A stretch of 64,000 bases of DNA from an uncultured cyanobacterium (GCA_963793265.1 CAWBZI010000001.1:1504001-1568000); one strand, 5' to 3'. Positions 44,454 to 55,217 are shown, counted from the first letter of the stretch. The notes: generated by a model not told the origin, from the letters alone. Made by a program: numbers and translations.

Positions 44454-44578
44454 ACTCTCACATGAGAAAGGCTAAGCCACCTTTCTTACGCGGCCAACCA
44501 TCAACTCTGGCTGATGAACGGGAATATTGAATCTGGCGCATCGTCCGTTGGCCTCAAGTTTTCCTCGTCACACCTGCC

Positions 44579-45445
44579 ATGATTTCTATTCTTTCGCGCA
44601 AGCCTAAAGCCGCAGCCGCTCCTTTAGCCCAGCCGCAGGTCACTGCCCGCCTCCGTCAGCCCCAAGCTCAGCCGCTATCCAATCCACCCCTAGCCGGTCA
44701 GCCCTTACCCGATCAGCTACGCGCAGATGCCAAAGACCACGTAGCCGCAGTCGCTAATGAGGCCAGCGCCCCTGCCGCCACACCCATCATCGCGCTTAAC
44801 CGGGTCACCAAAACTTACAACAACGGTGCGCCTGCTCTGATCGACATCAGTCTTGCGCTCAACAAAGGCGATTTCCTCTTTATCACTGGCCCCTCCGGCG
44901 CAGGTAAATCAACCCTGCTCAAAATGCTCTACGGCCAAGAGAAGCCCACTACTGGCAGCCTCCATATCAACGGCCAAGACATTGCTCCACTTAAAGGCAA
45001 CCGCCTGGCTATGCTCCGCCGCCGTATTGGCGTCGTTTTTCAAGACTACAAGCTTATTCCCACTCGCACCGTTGCCGAAAACGTTGCTTTTGTCCTCCAT
45101 GCGCAGGGGTACAGCCGTAAAGAGATTAATCGCCGTCTGCCGGTTACGCTCAAGATGGTGGGATTGCAAGATAAGGGCGATCGCTTCCCCTCCCAGCTCT
45201 CAGGCGGGGAACAGCAAAGGGCCAGCATTGCCCGCGCCATCGTCGGCACCCCGCCTTTGCTCTTAGCTGATGAGCCCACTGGCAACTTAGATAGTGACAA
45301 TGCGCGTCAGGTCATCAACATTTTGCGCAGACTCAACAGCATGGGAATTACAGTAGTTGTGACCACACACGATGAAGGTATGGTACGCAGTCTTAACTAC
45401 CCAGTTGTTCAAATTCGCGGTCACCGACTGTACAACTTCCGATAA
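44579..45445 (+). CDS. ftsE: Cell division ATP-binding protein FtsE
   Basis: [38 protein letters not shown]. Confidence 0.9.
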   Translation: MISILSRKPKAAAAPLAQPQVTARLRQPQAQPLSNPPLAGQPLPDQLRADAKDHVAAVANEASAPAATPIIALNRVTKTYNNGAPALIDISLALNKGDFLFITGPSGAGKSTLLKMLYGQEKPTTGSLHINGQDIAPLKGNRLAMLRRRIGVVFQDYKLIPTRTVAENVAFVLHAQGYSRKEINRRLPVTLKMVGLQDKGDRFPSQLSGGEQQRASIARAIVGTPPLLLADEPTGNLDSDNARQVINILRRLNSMGITVVVTTHDEGMVRSLNYPVVQIRGHRLYNFR

Positions 45446-45539
45446 AAAGATCTGCCTGGATTGCAAAGAGAACCTGTAGAAACAGCCAAGTTAAAGGAGC
45501 GCCTGTACGATATCGAAAACAGTTCCTAAAGGTTTGCTA

Positions 45540-45941
45540 ATGGCTGAGCTGATAAATGCTGAGGCGATTAATTTAGAGCAAAAGTTCGCGAAGTTTTTTG
45601 ACTACTGGTCGCCCAAAGTCATTGCTGAAATGAATGACTATCAGCTAAAGCTGGTGAAGTTTCAGGGCGATTTTGTTTGGCACAGCCACCCCGATACCGA
45701 TGAGGTATTTCTGGTGACTAAAGGCGCGATGGAGATTGAGTTTCGCGATGGCGAAGCCTCTCCAGGGGAGAATCGCACCGTCACCGTTGCTGAAGGAGAG
45801 ATGTATGTCATTCCTAAAGGCTTAGAGCACTGCACCCGCGCCAAGAACGAGTGTCAGGCAATGCTGATTGAGCCACGCGGCGTTGTGAACGCGGGCGAAG
45901 CAGAAGGTGAGCTGACTGCGGCTAATGACGTGTGGATTTAG
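45540..45941 (+). CDS. Cupin domain protein
   Basis: WSPKVIAEMNDY, FVWHSHPDTDEVF, PKGLEH. Confidence 0.85.
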   Translation: MAELINAEAINLEQKFAKFFDYWSPKVIAEMNDYQLKLVKFQGDFVWHSHPDTDEVFLVTKGAMEIEFRDGEASPGENRTVTVAEGEMYVIPKGLEHCTRAKNECQAMLIEPRGVVNAGEAEGELTAANDVWI

Positions 45942-46000
45942 GGGAACGAGTGCTATCAGGCAAGCTAACATTAGTTCAAACGCGAACTTTGTGAGAAAAA

Positions 46001-46222
46001 TTGAAAGTGGTTCAAGTAGAGATTGAGTTACCCAAAAAGCTTGCCGAACAACTTGATACATATCTTTCTAACAACCCAAGCGATAATATGGCTGCGATAG
46101 TGAAAGAAGCCCTTCGCATCAGGGAGTTTCCCAAAGATGGCCGCAAGATTCTAGAACTGGCTGGCGTTGTAAAAGAGGCTTCTCGGGGTGCAGCGGAACA
46201 CGCAGAAGACTTTTTAGGGTAA
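46001..46222 (+). CDS. Small CopG/RHH-like protein (antitoxin-like)
   Basis: Beta-strand + helix-helix pattern (VEIELPKKLAEQLDTYL). Confidence 0.5.
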   Translation: MKVVQVEIELPKKLAEQLDTYLSNNPSDNMAAIVKEALRIREFPKDGRKILELAGVVKEASRGAAEHAEDFLG

Positions 46223-46286
46223 ACCAAACTGTGCCTAAGTCAATAGATGAACGTCTAATTCAAACACCCACACTTGGAGAAAATCA

Positions 46287-46490
46287 ATGAAATTAAAAAT
46301 TGTCGTTCACGAAGCAGAAGAGGGTGGCTATTGGGCAGAGGTTCCTGCTATTCCAGGTTGTGCTACTCAAGGAGATAGCTTCGAGGAACTTCTTAACAAC
46401 CTATATGAGGCTATTGAGGGATGTCTAGCGGTAGACGTTGCAACCCTCGAAACAAATGAGACTAGCCGAGTGATGGAAATCGCTGTATGA
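46287..46490 (+). CDS. hicB: HicB-family antitoxin
   Basis: EEGGYWAEVPAIPGCATQGDSFEE. Confidence 0.9.
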   Translation: MKLKIVVHEAEEGGYWAEVPAIPGCATQGDSFEELLNNLYEAIEGCLAVDVATLETNETSRVMEIAV

Positions 46491-46693
46491 AGTCGATTTC
46501 CGGGAAAAAGTTTAGTAAGTTACTAGAGCGTAAAGGATGGCAGCTTGCGCGTATCCAAGGAAGCCACCACATCTACTGGAAGCCTGGAAATACAACGCGA
46601 ATTTCTGTACCCGTTCACGGAAACAAGGACATAAGAATAGGCTTGCTTCGCTATCTAATGAAACAAGCTGGAATTCAAGAAAGCGAACTCTAG
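46487..46693 (+). CDS. hicA: HicA-family toxin
   Basis: GSHHIY and [12 protein letters not shown] overlap with hicB. Confidence 0.9.
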   Translation: MKSISGKKFSKLLERKGWQLARIQGSHHIYWKPGNTTRISVPVHGNKDIRIGLLRYLMKQAGIQESEL

Positions 46694-47643
46694 CCTTCCT
46701 CGTCGCCAACGATAGACTTCATGCTTTCGAGCGCACCAGGAATGCTGCGCGGGTCAAGAAACATAACTTTGCTACTATCGCTCTCACCAATTTTGCTACT
46801 CATAGCAACGTACTCCTGCGCCAAAATGAACTGAAGCGCCTCGCGAGCGTTAGGATCGTGCTTAATCTTTTTAGCCAGCACGTCTACCGCTTCAGCCGTA
46901 GCCTGCGCCTGCAATACCCTTTCCTGCCTTTGAGCCTGAGCGCGTAGCACAATCGTCTTCTGGTCAGCCTGCGCGTCTAAAATAGCCGACTTTTGCCGGG
47001 CCTCAGCATCTAAAACCACCGACTCAGCCCGACCCCGCGCTGAGTTAATCGCAGAGTCGCGTTCACCTTCAGAGGTCAGCACATCGGCCCTTTTCTGCCG
47101 CTCAGCCGTCATCTGCAATTCCATCGAATCCTGCACCGCTTTAGAAGGTGAAATATCACGTAGCTCTACGCGAGTGACTTTTACACCCCAAGGATCGGTA
47201 GAGATGTCTAGCTCTCGCAGCAGCAGTTCGTTAATGTCAGCGCGAGCGGTAAAAGTTTCGTCAAGCTCTAGCTGGCCCATTTCTGAGCGAATTTGGGTGA
47301 GCACCATGTTCACCATCGCCGCCTGAAGGTCTTCAACCTTGTAATAGGCTTTTTCCATATCGACGATGCGCCAGTACACGACCGCATCGACGCTGATAGA
47401 AACGTTGTCGCGGGTGATGCACTGCTGGGGCGGTACGTCGAGCACTTTTTCGCGCACGGTTTGCTTGTACACCACCCGATCGACAAAGGGCACGGTGTAG
47501 TTGAGGCCGGGCTTGAGCTTTTTACCGTTGTAGCGCCCGAGCGTTTCAACTAAGGCTTCATCGCCTTGATTGACGATGCGGATAGATTTGGAGGCGACGG
47601 TGCCGCCAAGAGCTAGAACGATTAGCCAGACAATAGGGTTCAT
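46690..47643 (-). CDS. SPFH/stomatin-like protein
   Basis: [28 protein letters not shown]. Confidence 0.92.
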   Translation of the reverse strand: MNPIVWLIVLALGGTVASKSIRIVNQGDEALVETLGRYNGKKLKPGLNYTVPFVDRVVYKQTVREKVLDVPPQQCITRDNVSISVDAVVYWRIVDMEKAYYKVEDLQAAMVNMVLTQIRSEMGQLELDETFTARADINELLLRELDISTDPWGVKVTRVELRDISPSKAVQDSMELQMTAERQKRADVLTSEGERDSAINSARGRAESVVLDAEARQKSAILDAQADQKTIVLRAQAQRQERVLQAQATAEAVDVLAKKIKHDPNAREALQFILAQEYVAMSSKIGESDSSKVMFLDPRSIPGALESMKSIVGDEEG

Positions 47644-47681
47644 AGAACAGCGTGTTTACTGGAATGCTTGGTTGGGTTGCT

Positions 47682-48104
47682 TTACTGAAAGGTGCTAAGC
47701 GGAATCACGATCAGCGTGTTGCCTTTACGCTCGACGACAAAAACTTCTTGATTAGGCGGAATTGAAACCTGATCGTCGTTGCATTTGGCCTGCCAGGAGT
47801 TGCCTTCGTAGATGACCCGGCCCACCTGACCAGGGGCGATCGCTGTCGTTGTCCGCGCCTCCGTCGCCTCTTGCAAAGCAGGCGCAGTCCGATTAGGAAT
47901 AAACCGCTTCAGCGCCCAAAACATCAGCCCCGAAATCACCACCCACAGCAAAATTTGGTAGTTAGGACTCGGGACAACGAAGGTAAGCAGGGCGACGACA
48001 AAGGCACTCAGCCCCAGCGCCGACTCTAAAAAAGCCGTGGGGATCAGTAGCTCCATCAGGCAGAGCACAACGCCGACGATCACCCATATTAAGGCAGGAG
48101 ACAT
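47682..48104 (-). CDS. NfeD-family protein
   Basis: N-terminal TMs plus OB fold (GRVIYEGNSWQA); adjacent to the SPFH gene. Confidence 0.88.
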   Translation of the reverse strand: MSPALIWVIVGVVLCLMELLIPTAFLESALGLSAFVVALLTFVVPSPNYQILLWVVISGLMFWALKRFIPNRTAPALQEATEARTTTAIAPGQVGRVIYEGNSWQAKCNDDQVSIPPNQEVFVVERKGNTLIVIPLSTFQ

Positions 48105-48427
48105 AAACTGGCTGGGCCAAACGCCCAGAGTAGAAAGCAGAACATATTCAAACTACCTCACTGCATCCTAGAGCAAATAGTTTGACCATCCTTATGATCT
48201 TATCGCGCGTAGCTATAGCTAACTGAAGCCGCGATTAAACGACTCATATATTCGTACATTGGCGATCTATCCCTTTTCCCTTACCATTGTCCTAACTTAA
48301 CGGCAATACCCCCAGCCACCGAGGCCATTCTCCTTAAATCAGAGCATGTGCCCTCATAAAAAAGCTCCCCAAAAACTTCCCAAAAGCTCCTAATGTTTGA
48401 AGTACACCGCACCAGTACTCACCCCCT

Positions 48428-50362
48428 ATGAACGGCGATCAAAACAAATACCCTTTCAGACAATACGTCTGGGCATTAGGCCAGGGCACAAACAAAATTT
48501 CGATTGGCACTCTTGTCGACAATCGCTACGAAGTGGTGGCCCCTTCTATTTGGCAAGATACACAGCCTGAAAAGTCGCCCAAGGTGCCCGATAGCGTCCC
48601 TAATTTTGCGCTGCCCTACCTCAAAGCGTATCCCTACCAGCTCAATTTGCCAGGCGTGTATGGCATTTGCCACCAGGATTCAGGAGAGGCAGTGCTGCTA
48701 TTGAGCAATGTTCCGATTAACCGTCAGGGCCAGCTTGCGCCTGCGATCGCTAAAGCCTGGCCGCAAGCATCCGCCTTCTATCAGGTGTACTGGCTCTGGC
48801 AAATGATCAACCTGTGGGAGCCCATGCAAGCCTTTGGCGCTGCTGCGAGCCTGCTGAAAAAAAGTAATATCCGCATTGAGTCGTGGCGCATCCGCCTGAT
48901 TGGCCTTTCCACTAATCCAGCCGCACCGACCACCGCACAGCTAGCAGAGGTTTGGGAAACCACTTACTTGCCAGAGGCTAAGCCAAGTATCGCGCAGCTT
49001 ATTAAAGATGTTTGCCAGCAGCTACGGGCTCCAAACCTTGAGCTAGCTGACGTGCGATCGCTGGTGAACACGCAGCTTTTGAAAGAAGCCGCAGGCGAAA
49101 CTGTAGAGCTTCAGGTCGCTGGGGGTACCAGCAGTGGCCCGAGCAAATCTCGGAATGAGGATGCCTGCTATCCGAGCCAAACAGAGATGCAGCGGACGGG
49201 TGCGGCAGATTTGCCCTTGCTGCCGCGTTTGGCGATTGTGTGTGATGGCGTCGGTGGGCATGAGGGCGGTGAAGTGGCGAGCCAGATGGTGGTGCGATCG
49301 CTCCAACTTCAGCTCAGGGGCCTGCTGGCCGAAGCCATGGAGCAAAAGCAGCCTATCCCCACCTATGTCGTCGTCGAGCAAATAGAAGCTGCCATTCGCG
49401 TTGCGAACAACCTCATTGCCCAGCAAAACGACCAGCAAGGCCGCGCCGATCGTCAGCGCATGGGCACCACCTTAGTCATGGCGCTAGTACTCCCTCAGCA
49501 CGTAGATACCCCGGATGGCCCTGCTGAAGTTAACGAACTCTATCTCACCCACATCGGCGACAGCCGCGCCTATTGGATCACCACAGAACACTGCCAGCAG
49601 CTCACCGTAGACGACGATATCGCCGGTCGAGAGATCAGTGCAGGTCACAGCTTTTATGCCACAGCCATTCAGCGCCGAGACGCCACCGCGCTCAGTCAGG
49701 CGGTCGGCGTTCGCGAGTTCGAGCAGCTGAAACCCCACACGCAGCGATTTTTGTTCACCACCAGCGGCGTTTTGCTGCTGTGCTCCGACGGCCTCAGCGA
49801 CAATCAGCAGGTAGAAGCCTCATGGGCTAACTACGTTGGGCTCATCGTGAAAAAGATTGTGTCTTTAGAGGCCGCTGTAGACTCCTGGATAGAGCTGGCA
49901 AATCAAAAGAACGGACACGATAACGTCGCTGTCGCCTTGATGAGCGTGGATATGCCAAACGAGGCAGAATTGCTGCCAATAGGCGCGACGAGTGGATCGC
50001 AAGGAGCCGCAGGAGAATCAAACGCGCTTGCCCGCAGCGTCGCGCTACCCGTGCCGCCAGGTCGAACCGCTCAGCGCGACGATCAAGCTGCCCAAACCAC
50101 AGACCAGATGACAGCCGCTTCTAGAGCGCTGCTGTATGGCGAAGATGATGACGATGATACGCCGCTAACCGATGAGGAGAGAGCAGCCATCGAAAACGAG
50201 GGTGAAACCGCCGGACGCTCTGCGGGTCAGAAGCTTGTGACGATTGTCCTAGGGCTAGTCATTCTAGGCGTCGTTAGTGCCGTCGGCTGGCTGCTGTGGC
50301 GCAACTTTGAGCCGCAGCCGGTCGAACCGCTGCCGCCAGGGCAAGAAACGTCGGAGCTATGA
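48428..50362 (+). CDS. PP2C-family Ser/Thr phosphatase with N-terminal extension and C-terminal TM
   Basis: NEDA, VCDGVGGH, MGTT, HIGDSRAY, LCSDGL, GHDN. Confidence 0.88.
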   Translation: MNGDQNKYPFRQYVWALGQGTNKISIGTLVDNRYEVVAPSIWQDTQPEKSPKVPDSVPNFALPYLKAYPYQLNLPGVYGICHQDSGEAVLLLSNVPINRQGQLAPAIAKAWPQASAFYQVYWLWQMINLWEPMQAFGAAASLLKKSNIRIESWRIRLIGLSTNPAAPTTAQLAEVWETTYLPEAKPSIAQLIKDVCQQLRAPNLELADVRSLVNTQLLKEAAGETVELQVAGGTSSGPSKSRNEDACYPSQTEMQRTGAADLPLLPRLAIVCDGVGGHEGGEVASQMVVRSLQLQLRGLLAEAMEQKQPIPTYVVVEQIEAAIRVANNLIAQQNDQQGRADRQRMGTTLVMALVLPQHVDTPDGPAEVNELYLTHIGDSRAYWITTEHCQQLTVDDDIAGREISAGHSFYATAIQRRDATALSQAVGVREFEQLKPHTQRFLFTTSGVLLLCSDGLSDNQQVEASWANYVGLIVKKIVSLEAAVDSWIELANQKNGHDNVAVALMSVDMPNEAELLPIGATSGSQGAAGESNALARSVALPVPPGRTAQRDDQAAQTTDQMTAASRALLYGEDDDDDTPLTDEERAAIENEGETAGRSAGQKLVTIVLGLVILGVVSAVGWLLWRNFEPQPVEPLPPGQETSEL

Positions 50363-50413
50363 GAGAATAGATAATCAGTCATTTTGTAGCTTTAGTAACA
50401 TAATTTTTGTCTT

Positions 50414-50653
50414 ATGAAAGTTGGCGATCGCGTTCGTATCAAAGCCCCTCTAACGCTGTTCAACCATCCGCAGCACCGCAACGAGCCCTTCGATGTGCAG
50501 GGGATGGAAGGCACCATTGCCGATATTCTCACTGACTGGAAAGGCAGACCCATCAGCGCTAACTACCAGATCGTCACCGCCTTTGAAGTAGAAGGCGCTA
50601 AGCGACCTTTTAAAGCGCACTTACATGAAGATGAGCTAGAGCTAATTGAGTAG
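50414..50653 (+). CDS. ftrV: Ferredoxin-thioredoxin reductase variable chain
   Basis: MKVGDRVRI...HPQHRNEPFD...WKGRPISAN...FKAHL. Confidence 0.9.
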   Translation: MKVGDRVRIKAPLTLFNHPQHRNEPFDVQGMEGTIADILTDWKGRPISANYQIVTAFEVEGAKRPFKAHLHEDELELIE

Positions 50654-50678
50654 GTGATTGGCATATACGCTCCCATCC

Positions 50679-51452
50679 CTAGCTCAATTGCTGAGTAGGC
50701 CGCACCAAAATGTCGTTGATTTCAACGTGAGCTGGCTGGCTCAGCGCATAGACCACCGTGTTTGCAATATCAACGGCCTGTAGCACTGGAAACTGACCGT
50801 AGGTATTTTGGGCCTTTTGCGCACTCTGGTGATACTTCTCTGCAAACTCAGTTTCTACAATGCCAGGGCTCACGGAAGTGATGCGAATGGGGCTTTTAGC
50901 CGCGCGAAGTTCACGGCGGAGGGTTTCGGTGAGCGATCGCACCGCAAACTTAGTGGCCGAATACACGCCCGTAATCTCAGGCACCCGATGCCCTGACATG
51001 GAGCTAACGTGCAGCACATGACCAGCCCCGCCTGTGATCGGATTATGGGTGTCATTGGTTTTCATCAGCGCGATCGCCTCACGCGTACAAATGCACAGCG
51101 CCAGCACATTCACCTCAAACATCTCCCGCCAAGCCTCAGTTTCACCACTCATCAACGACGCCTTATGACCTAGCCCAGCATTGTTTATGAGAGCATCCAG
51201 CCTGCCCCAGCGCGTTTTTACCGCCGCAAAGAAGCTCAGTATCTGGGCCTCATCTCGCAGATCTACAACTTGCGAAAGCACATTGATATCCTGACGACGA
51301 AGCCGTTCAGCGGCAGCTTCAAGCCGATCTTTGCGGCGAGCACAGATTGCTAAGTCGTAGCCTTCAGCGGCAAGGCGACGGGCGATCGCCAGCCCAATTC
51401 CACTCGAAGCCCCCGTGACAACAGCGATCGGTCTTTGGATAGAATTTGGCAT
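50679..51452 (-). CDS. SDR oxidoreductase (YdfG/DHRS11-like)
   Basis: TGASSGIG, NNAG, YSATK. Confidence 0.9.
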   Translation of the reverse strand: MPNSIQRPIAVVTGASSGIGLAIARRLAAEGYDLAICARRKDRLEAAAERLRRQDINVLSQVVDLRDEAQILSFFAAVKTRWGRLDALINNAGLGHKASLMSGETEAWREMFEVNVLALCICTREAIALMKTNDTHNPITGGAGHVLHVSSMSGHRVPEITGVYSATKFAVRSLTETLRRELRAAKSPIRITSVSPGIVETEFAEKYHQSAQKAQNTYGQFPVLQAVDIANTVVYALSQPAHVEINDILVRPTQQLS

Positions 51453-51581
51453 CGTTACCTGAAGAATTTGTGTGTAATTTAAAGGTTAAGCGTGGATCGT
51501 TGGGGTGAGGATGATGTAGATTATATGAGAGGACTGTTACAACCTTTTAAGCATTACTAATTTTTTCTCAGAGGGCTCAAA

Positions 51582-51707
51582 ATGGATATTCGCGTCGTGT
51601 TGGTTCTATCACCTGTGCTCATCGCTGCAAGCTGGGCTGGGTTTAACATTTTCAGAGCGGCTTTAGGCCAGGTTCAAGATCTGCTCAACAAGAACAGCGC
51701 TACGTAG
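51582..51707 (+). CDS. psbY: Photosystem II protein Y (not in ORF track)
   Basis: [41 protein letters not shown]. Confidence 0.9.
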   Translation: MDIRVVLVLSPVLIAASWAGFNIFRAALGQVQDLLNKNSAT

Positions 51708-51770
51708 GCCAGCCGGTCAGTCAGAATAAAGACCGAAGAAAAAGACCAAACATACAAAGCTGAATGGAAG

Positions 51771-51804
51771 AGGGCTGCTTCATAACCGAAGCGGCCCTTT
51801 TTTT
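51771..51804 (+). terminator. Intrinsic terminator after psbY
   Basis: AGGGCTGCTTC-ataacc-GAAGCGGCCCT followed by a T tract. Confidence 0.85.
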
Positions 51805-51819
51805 GCTTAATCCTGCGCC

Positions 51820-52401
51820 CTACATAGTCGGTGCTAGCGCCTTTAGCTCGGGCATAAGCTGCTCGAACGCAATGCCGCGATGGCTGTAACGCTCTTTCTC
51901 TTCTGGGCTCATTTCAGCAAACGTTTTCCTTTGCGTTTGCACATAAAAAATAGGATCGTAGCCAAAGCCACCCGCCCCCTGTCCTTCAGCAAGAATTGAA
52001 CCCGGACAGCGCCCTTCGGTTTCTAGGGCAATTGTGCCATCGGGCCTAGCAAGGGCGATCGCACACACAAATTCAGCTTGCCGATCGGTGGCTTCCCCTA
52101 GCTCTCTTAGCACCCGATTAATGCGATCGGCATCGCTGTTGCCATAGCGCGCTGAATAGACCCCTGGCGCGCCGTTCAAGGCTTTTACAGACAGACCAGA
52201 ATCGTCTGCGATCGCCCAGCTTTTTGTGGCGATCGCCACCTCAGACGCCTTCAGCCTGGCATTTTCAAGAAACGTTTTCCCTGTCTCTTCCACCTCTATC
52301 TCTTGAGGCTTTAGCGCCAAATCCCAGTCCAGCACTTGCAGGTAGTCTTTGAGTTCAGACAGCTTGCCCGGATTGCCCGTAGCGACGACGACAGTGACCA
52401 T
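51820..52401 (-). CDS. rdgB: Non-canonical purine NTP pyrophosphatase
   Basis: ATGNPGK, ADDSGL, PGVYSAR, GFGYDPIF, SHRG. Confidence 0.95.
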   Translation of the reverse strand: MVTVVVATGNPGKLSELKDYLQVLDWDLALKPQEIEVEETGKTFLENARLKASEVAIATKSWAIADDSGLSVKALNGAPGVYSARYGNSDADRINRVLRELGEATDRQAEFVCAIALARPDGTIALETEGRCPGSILAEGQGAGGFGYDPIFYVQTQRKTFAEMSPEEKERYSHRGIAFEQLMPELKALAPTM

Positions 52402-52626
52402 AAAAGTAAAAAGCAGCTAGCGAAATTGTGAGCAGAAAAGCCCTTACAAGATTGTAGTGGCCTACTGTAGCGAACTACACATAAATTAAATGCTCCTTGA
52501 AAAGCAGGCTCAGGCTCGTCTCGTGCAACCAGCAATGCAACAATGTATAAAAAAGATCCTGCTGTAAGGCAGCGGTCGCCATACCCCTCCTGAAAATTCT
52601 CAGCACAATCGGAACGCAATCAGTCC

Positions 52627-54024
52627 ATGGCAAGATTCGGCAGACGCAAGTTTTTGAAGGTCAGTTTAGTCTCTAGTACAGCGACCGTCAGCGGCTCTCT
52701 TTTGCTTCAGAGCTGCACCCCTGATTTTGCTGCTATCGACGCTGCTGTACAGTCAGACGGCGAGTCTTTGGAGCCTGGAAGCGGTGAGTCATCAGCAGAA
52801 GGCTCAGGTGAGGCCGCTCAAAATGACGAAGCAGACGACACTATAAAAGTCGGCATTCTGCACTCGCTGAGCGGCACTATGGCGCTTAGCGAAACCCCTA
52901 TTGTCGAAGCTGAGCTATTGGCGATCACAGAAATCAACGCCAGCGGTGGCCTTTTAGGTAGGCAGCTTGTGCCCATTCAAGAAGATGGCGCTTCTGACTG
53001 GCCTACCTTTGCCGAAAAAGCCGAAAAACTCATCGACCAGCGCGGTGTCGCCGTCATTTTTGGCGGCCTCACCACAGAGAGCCGCAAAGCGATTTTGCCA
53101 GTTGTTAAGGCAAAAAATAAGCTGCTCTGGTATCCGGGCGCGTACGAAGGTCAGGAATGCTCCAACCATATTTTTTACGGCGGCGCACTCGCAAACCAAC
53201 AGATTGCCCCAGCCATTAGCTGGATGGTTGGCAACCGCGGGAAGTCGTTTTTCCTCGTCAGCTCCAACGCCCGTACGCTACACGAGATCGCTAAAGAGCA
53301 AGTCAGAAACTACGGCGGCAAAGTAGCGGGTGAAGCCTACGTGCCGATGGTTAACGGCGTCAATGTAGACATGTCTCCGGTGATTGAAGACATTAAAAAA
53401 GCGCTGCCCGAAGGTGGCATTATCTTTAACGCGCTGGTGGGCAACCACAATCGCGCTTTCTTTCGAGCCCTCAAAAGCGCTGGGCTCACCTCTGCTGACT
53501 ACTTAGTGATGTCCGTTAGAGTGGCTGAAGAAGAAGTCTTTCAAATTGGCTCTATTTTGCTAGACGGTCACTACGCTGCCTGGAACTATTTTCAAACAAT
53601 CGATAGCCCAGAGAACGAAGCCTGGGTCAGTCAGTTTCAAGATGCATACGGCCCGGATAGAGTCGTCGGCGCGCCAATGGCCTCGGCCTATGCCATGGTG
53701 AATCTGTGGGCACAGGCCGTCGCAGACGCCGGGTCTACAGATACAGACGCGGTGCGTGAAGCCGCCTATGGGCAAACGTTTCGCGCTCCCGAAGGATTGG
53801 TCACTATTCAGCCGAATCACCACATGACAAAAACGGCCCGAATTGGCAGAGTGGGTCGCGATGGTTTGTTTGAGATATTGCACACAGGCGAAGCGCCCAT
53901 AGCGCCTGTACCCTGGAGCCAGTCTTTGGCTGCTAGTAAGGGATTTGCCTGTGATTGGTCTGATGCTGATAAAGGCGAAAAATATGTCATCCAGTCGGCG
54001 GTCGAACCTGTCAAAGCAGATTAA
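52627..54024 (+). CDS. UrtA/AmiC-like substrate-binding protein with Tat-lipoprotein signal
   Basis: GRRKFLK, IKVGILHSLSGTMALSE, EDGASDWPTFAEKA. Confidence 0.85.
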   Translation: MARFGRRKFLKVSLVSSTATVSGSLLLQSCTPDFAAIDAAVQSDGESLEPGSGESSAEGSGEAAQNDEADDTIKVGILHSLSGTMALSETPIVEAELLAITEINASGGLLGRQLVPIQEDGASDWPTFAEKAEKLIDQRGVAVIFGGLTTESRKAILPVVKAKNKLLWYPGAYEGQECSNHIFYGGALANQQIAPAISWMVGNRGKSFFLVSSNARTLHEIAKEQVRNYGGKVAGEAYVPMVNGVNVDMSPVIEDIKKALPEGGIIFNALVGNHNRAFFRALKSAGLTSADYLVMSVRVAEEEVFQIGSILLDGHYAAWNYFQTIDSPENEAWVSQFQDAYGPDRVVGAPMASAYAMVNLWAQAVADAGSTDTDAVREAAYGQTFRAPEGLVTIQPNHHMTKTARIGRVGRDGLFEILHTGEAPIAPVPWSQSLAASKGFACDWSDADKGEKYVIQSAVEPVKAD

Positions 54025-54247
54025 GCGTCAAATCAAGAATTGCTTATCGTAAATAAAGTCTGAATTTTTAGGAAATACGGGTGGTTTGGTAGCAAAAAGG
54101 CTTGGAACTCAGAGAAAACACTGATAGTCTAGCGGTTGTGTTCACCGCATAGTTACAAACTATACCTACGCTTGATACAAACGGAGGTATTTTGGCCGCA
54201 GGTGGATAACCTCGTTTATGTATGCCTTATTCACAGGACGTTTTACC

Positions 54248-54670
54248 ATGGCTAATCGTCAAACAAGAGCTAGAGCAACCAGCTCTGCAAGCAGTTTTGC
54301 AAACGATTTCAAAGAGTTTTTGCTGCGTGGCAATGTTGTTGACTTAGCGATCGCGGTCGTTATTGGTGCGGCATTTGGCGCAATCGTGACTTCTTTTATT
54401 GATGACATCATCACGCCATTACTCTTAGCACCTGCCTTAAGAGCCGCTAACGTAGAAGATATTGCTCTATTAGCCTGGGGGCCGGTTAAGTACGGCTCCT
54501 TTTTAGCAGCGGTGATCAACTTTATTGTCATCGCTCTCGTGCTGTTCCTAGTAATTCGCCTCTTTGAACGGCTCAAGCGCAAAGAAGAGGTGGTTGCAGA
54601 ACCCACACCGATTGAAAAGCTAGACGCCACAATGTTGCAGCTCAACGAAACCATTCAAAGCAGAATCTAA
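54248..54670 (+). CDS. mscL: Large-conductance mechanosensitive channel
   Basis: FKEFLLRGNVVDLAIAVVIGAAF, YGSFLAAVINF. Confidence 0.95.
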   Translation: MANRQTRARATSSASSFANDFKEFLLRGNVVDLAIAVVIGAAFGAIVTSFIDDIITPLLLAPALRAANVEDIALLAWGPVKYGSFLAAVINFIVIALVLFLVIRLFERLKRKEEVVAEPTPIEKLDATMLQLNETIQSRI

Positions 54671-54681
54671 TTAAAAGGGCC

Positions 54682-54711
54682 GTAGGGGCGTCACGGCTGT
54701 ACGCCCTCCGA
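54682..54711 (+). repeat. GTAG-type REP-like palindrome
   Basis: GTAGGGGCGTcacggctgTACGCCCTCCGA matches the copy at 9825-9853. Confidence 0.7.
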
Positions 54712-54722
54712 TCCGACGCCCG

Positions 54723-55217
54723 CTACGGACAACCCAAGCTATCGCGCGTGTCTACACCCGTCACAGGATTGGTGCCCTCAGCGCGATCACACATCTTCTT
54801 TACCTGAAAGCGATCGAGAATTGAATCAGAAAAGTCAGCCCCCGTGATGATAGTGTCGCCAAACGAGCTGCTGGTTGCGATCGCCTCTACAAACACCACA
54901 TTTGTCATATCCGAGCCATCAAACAGCACCCGATCGGCAAAGGTCTTGGTAAAGTCAGCACCTCTAAGATTCGTACGCATAAACGTCGCCTTCGTCAGAA
55001 TCGTACCGCTCATATCTGCCCCTGCAAAATTAGCGTCTCGCACGTCAGCAGCGGCAAAGGAAGTGCCTGAGAGATTTTTGCCTGAAAAGTCCGCACCCGC
55101 CTGGTTTGTCAGCGTGTAGTCTACGGTGTTGTCTTGTGCAAACGCAGGCGAGCAGAATCCGATAGTCAGCGTAATAGTCAGAGCAAGCGCGGTCAGCCAT
55201 TGTCTAGCCCTGGCCAT
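54723..55217 (-). CDS. Pentapeptide-repeat lumenal protein
   Basis: A(D/N)FXX repeats, signal peptide, C-terminal [16 protein letters not shown]. Confidence 0.88.
   Translation of the reverse strand: MARARQWLTALALTITLTIGFCSPAFAQDNTVDYTLTNQAGADFSGKNLSGTSFAAADVRDANFAGADMSGTILTKATFMRTNLRGADFTKTFADRVLFDGSDMTNVVFVEAIATSSSFGDTIITGADFSDSILDRFQVKKMCDRAEGTNPVTGVDTRDSLGCP

Noticed and set aside
52450..52480. NtcA site upstream of the urtA-like gene
   Set aside because: The GTA...TAC spacings seen are not N8.
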